A DNA stretch of 64,000 nt, taken from contig NW_026782295.1 of assembly GCF_031769215.1 (NCBI RefSeq), forward strand, positions 310,001-374,000, written 5' to 3'. A program made the position numbers and the translations under genes. Source of the DNA: Ylistrum balloti (lineage: Eukaryota). The notes under the pieces are model-generated. The model saw only the letters and a list, made by a program, of their open reading frames with translations. It was not told where the DNA came from and ran no database searches. Numbering within the stretch: position 1 is the first letter of the stretch; every line of letters begins with the position of its first letter. Shown here piece by piece: positions 60,942 to 64,000 of this stretch.

Positions 60942-61938
60942 TATCTGTATAAAAAGAAAGAAAAGAAACTTGTATTTTATATTCATTGTTAAACTTTATC
61001 ATCGATACACATGAATAACTGTTGTTAACTCCGGGAGAATCTTAAATCATATCATTATTATTATATTGAATTAATGAAATTAGTTCACCTTCCTATCTAT
61101 ACTCTAGCATTTCTTTAAGTAAATTTTGAGTTTTCAAAGTTGCCTCATATAGATCTCATCATCTAATGTCCCTAATATGAAAGTTTGGAAAGACCTGCCG
61201 ATCGCCAGTTTTCATGGTATTGTTACAGTAAACGACAGTTTTGAACAACCGTACACTATTGTACTCCATCTAACACCGCCCATATACTCAACCAGGATTA
61301 TTTTATAGAGGGCTAACAAAAGTCGCGTTCACATAATATTTACTAATGGTGAAAATGGAAATTAACATACAAGTAACATCCCAGTCTTCCTAGCCATAAC
61401 AGGGAGTAAACGGACGGTCTGTCTGTCGATTTATGGGGATAAGATTTGCAGGATTTTTCGACGAAGTCTTCGTTCTATCGCTTAGCGATATTTAATGCGA
61501 TTTCAACCTTCAACCGACAGGATACGCTTAATAAAGAGGATATCACGGACTTCCGTGATTATACACCCACAAAGTCTCCCTATAGTGTACCGAGTGTATT
61601 ACAAAATACACTATAGATTGGTGACTCTGGGCCATTCCATATAGTGTACTCTTGGTCCTCGACACGGAACAGTATTACACGGGGTGTTTTGTCACTCCGG
61701 CCGTAGACTTAGAACCACCACTTATAAGTGGTTGTCGATTAAAAGTTCTAATTATTCACCTGTGACAGATAACTCTTTATTTCTAACACGAGTGTTCTAC
61801 GCGTTATTATCATGTCTCTATTTATCTTTAAAACATCAGTCAACCTTCAATATAATGTAGTCGTGTGAGGATTACAATGACAATGTCTGACCATATAGTA
61901 AACAGTTGCAGCCGTTCTCAATAAATCGCATTACTTAC

Positions 61939-62040
61939 CGCTCTGTAACTGGTGTAGTCGCTGGTACTCCGTGTTCCGTGTACATCTATACCTACACTGA
62001 CACACGGCAAATTCGCCCCTCCGATGAAATGGCCCGACAC
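61939..62040 (-). other. Probable 5' leader exon of the GST gene
   Basis: CpG-containing stretch ending in a consensus donor GAGCG|GTAAGT on the minus strand (intron starts at 61938), about 1 kb upstream of the GST acceptor at 60945. Confidence 0.5.
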
Positions 62041-64000
62041 TGTTTAAATAGCTAGCACTTCACACTAACAGGTCGGCACTTTACGTGTATGCTATTTAGC
62101 TAAAACATGAACATTAAGTGACACGTTAGAAACAACAGTCCCCTGAGAATTGAACGTCATATAAATGTAAAATACATCATAAAATTTCCTCGATAAAGCT
62201 TGATTTTCATTTTATTATTATGTTGTTTTTTCAAAATCAAAACTTCACATACGTATGATTAAAAATAATGCTAGATTATTCATTCATATCTTTATTCCTC
62301 CAAAGTTTTTAATATGTCGAGTTATGAAAGACATCGAGAAAACAAATATGATTGACATAGTTAGAAACATACAGGACATAGATGAATGTTACTTAAGGAA
62401 ATAAGTATAGGGAATTAAGTATGAAACATAACGTATAAAAGATAGTTAGAGACATACATGGAAATACTACAGAATATACAAAGCTAGAATGTCACGTAAT
62501 GCGAGTTAAATTGACAGATAAACAATATATATCATGTATTTGGCTTTAATCACTACAAAGTTATCTCCTTAAGTAGCGTAAGAAAGGATTTAAGAATTTA
62601 AACCTCTTTACACTTGTTAACATATACCCTGACTGGATAATCAATGACAATTTTGGAAGAAATAAAAACAATATGTAATGGAACACTATGCCCGGATGCA
62701 GCAAAATTCTGAAGTTGGACATGAACATTGCACTGTGTAAATATGATCAGTTGGAATTCGGTTGAAATAAATTTCCCTATGTTATGTGTTGCCAATTCAT
62801 ACCGCGTGTTACCTGTACATGTCATTCAAGCGACACAAACTAGCGGCAGACAGACGTGATATATTATGCTGACGCTGCTTCACATCCTCTTTATCTGAAG
62901 TAGATACCAATCACTTGTTTATGGACATTGACTCAATAGATATTAAATTTGAGGACAGACTGCTAAATAACGTAAATGTTCAGTGCTACCTTTGTATACA
63001 CATTTATTATAATAATGGACAAGTTTAATCCTTGTAGGAATTTTATTCCTTGTCAATGACATTTTGTGGTGTAAAATGGACATAGACTCCTAGAACTGTG
63101 GACTACCGTTACAAATGTGTTAAAAGATATTTAGTGGTATGAGAGATTGATCATAATATACATGTATATTGAACATGTATATTGTAATATCATTGGCATT
63201 TAAAACTCATTCATATTTCATGTTATTTCTTTGTTAACTACTAACTAGTATTTAATTAAGATGTTAAAATTTAAGGTTTGATGTTGACTGTCAATATTTT
63301 ATTACTATTCTTAATATACATATTAGTATCATGAAAATGATTCCACAGGTAAGTTGTTACCTGAGAATCGGTCACTTTCCAAAAACAGCCCATGGCCTAA
63401 CCTGTGTAACATTTTTTCTCTGGTTCTTTTCCACAGATGTGAATAGTACAAATGTCCAGAAACAGTATGATGAAGGATGATATTTATTTACACATGTATC
63501 AAATACATTCTCACAATTTTTTAATCGCTATTGCATCACAAAGAGGTATCTTTCAATTCCCTTTAATTACTCCTAAATCACTTACCAGATACAAATAGTT
63601 GATTTTGTAGTTTGCTCTGTATGGATTGATCTTCATTCTTACCTTTAAATATTAAACACTAAACTCGTCGTCTTGCCTAGAATCATCTTCAAAGTTTACC
63701 CTGTGTTTCTTTATCCCATGAGTATAATATTCTATCAAAACCATTATGCTCAACATTTTTACATTCATTACAACATTCACATGCTGGATCATCAATAATG
63801 TTAACTCTGTACAAATCATATTTGAAGCTACTGCAAGCATGGAAAACGTTCAATTATCTATTTTCAATATTATGATAAATAGATGATAAATCAGGATTGT
63901 ATTGAATTTTTAAACAGTTGATGGATACGAGTTAGTGTTTCGGCAGATAGACTAATATTGCGAATAAGACGAGAAATCAACATAATTATCTCGACAAGCC

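Overview
AT-rich eukaryotic (animal) genomic DNA with spliceosomal GT-AG introns; gene content and repeat style suggest a bivalve mollusc, possibly a scallop (inference). I reconstructed five protein-coding genes by hand with all exon phases consistent: HSDL1 (+, 9 coding exons, 8093-16074, 347 aa); its paralogue HSD17B12 (-, 10 exons, 29596-22178, 325 aa), convergent with it; SDHAF2 (+, 4 exons, 33763-38118, 158 aa); cathepsin D (-, 56194-48432); and an omega-like glutathione S-transferase with an intronless CDS (-, 60941-60234, 235 aa). Mobile DNA comprises a 5'-truncated 3.2-kb RT-encoding LINE inserted into a 56-bp minisatellite, two CR1 fragments, an RNase H-bearing LINE 3' fragment and several MITE-like elements. 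There are also many tandem repeats and one 274-N assembly gap. Main findings: (1) cathepsin D has two intact, tandemly duplicated, synonymously saturated alternative terminal exons, predicting 425-aa and 396-aa enzymes that differ in the substrate-cleft loop and in a 29-aa C-terminal tail; (2) both SDR paralogues carry minisatellites grown out of a splice junction of the homologous exon, creating arrays of decoy donor or acceptor sites; (3) HSDL1 has an A-Y-K catalytic triad rather than S-Y-K or the vertebrate S-F-K; (4) exon-like pieces on the + strand may belong to an unannotated host gene in which cathepsin D and the GST are nested. No CRISPR array, rRNA or convincing tRNA was found.
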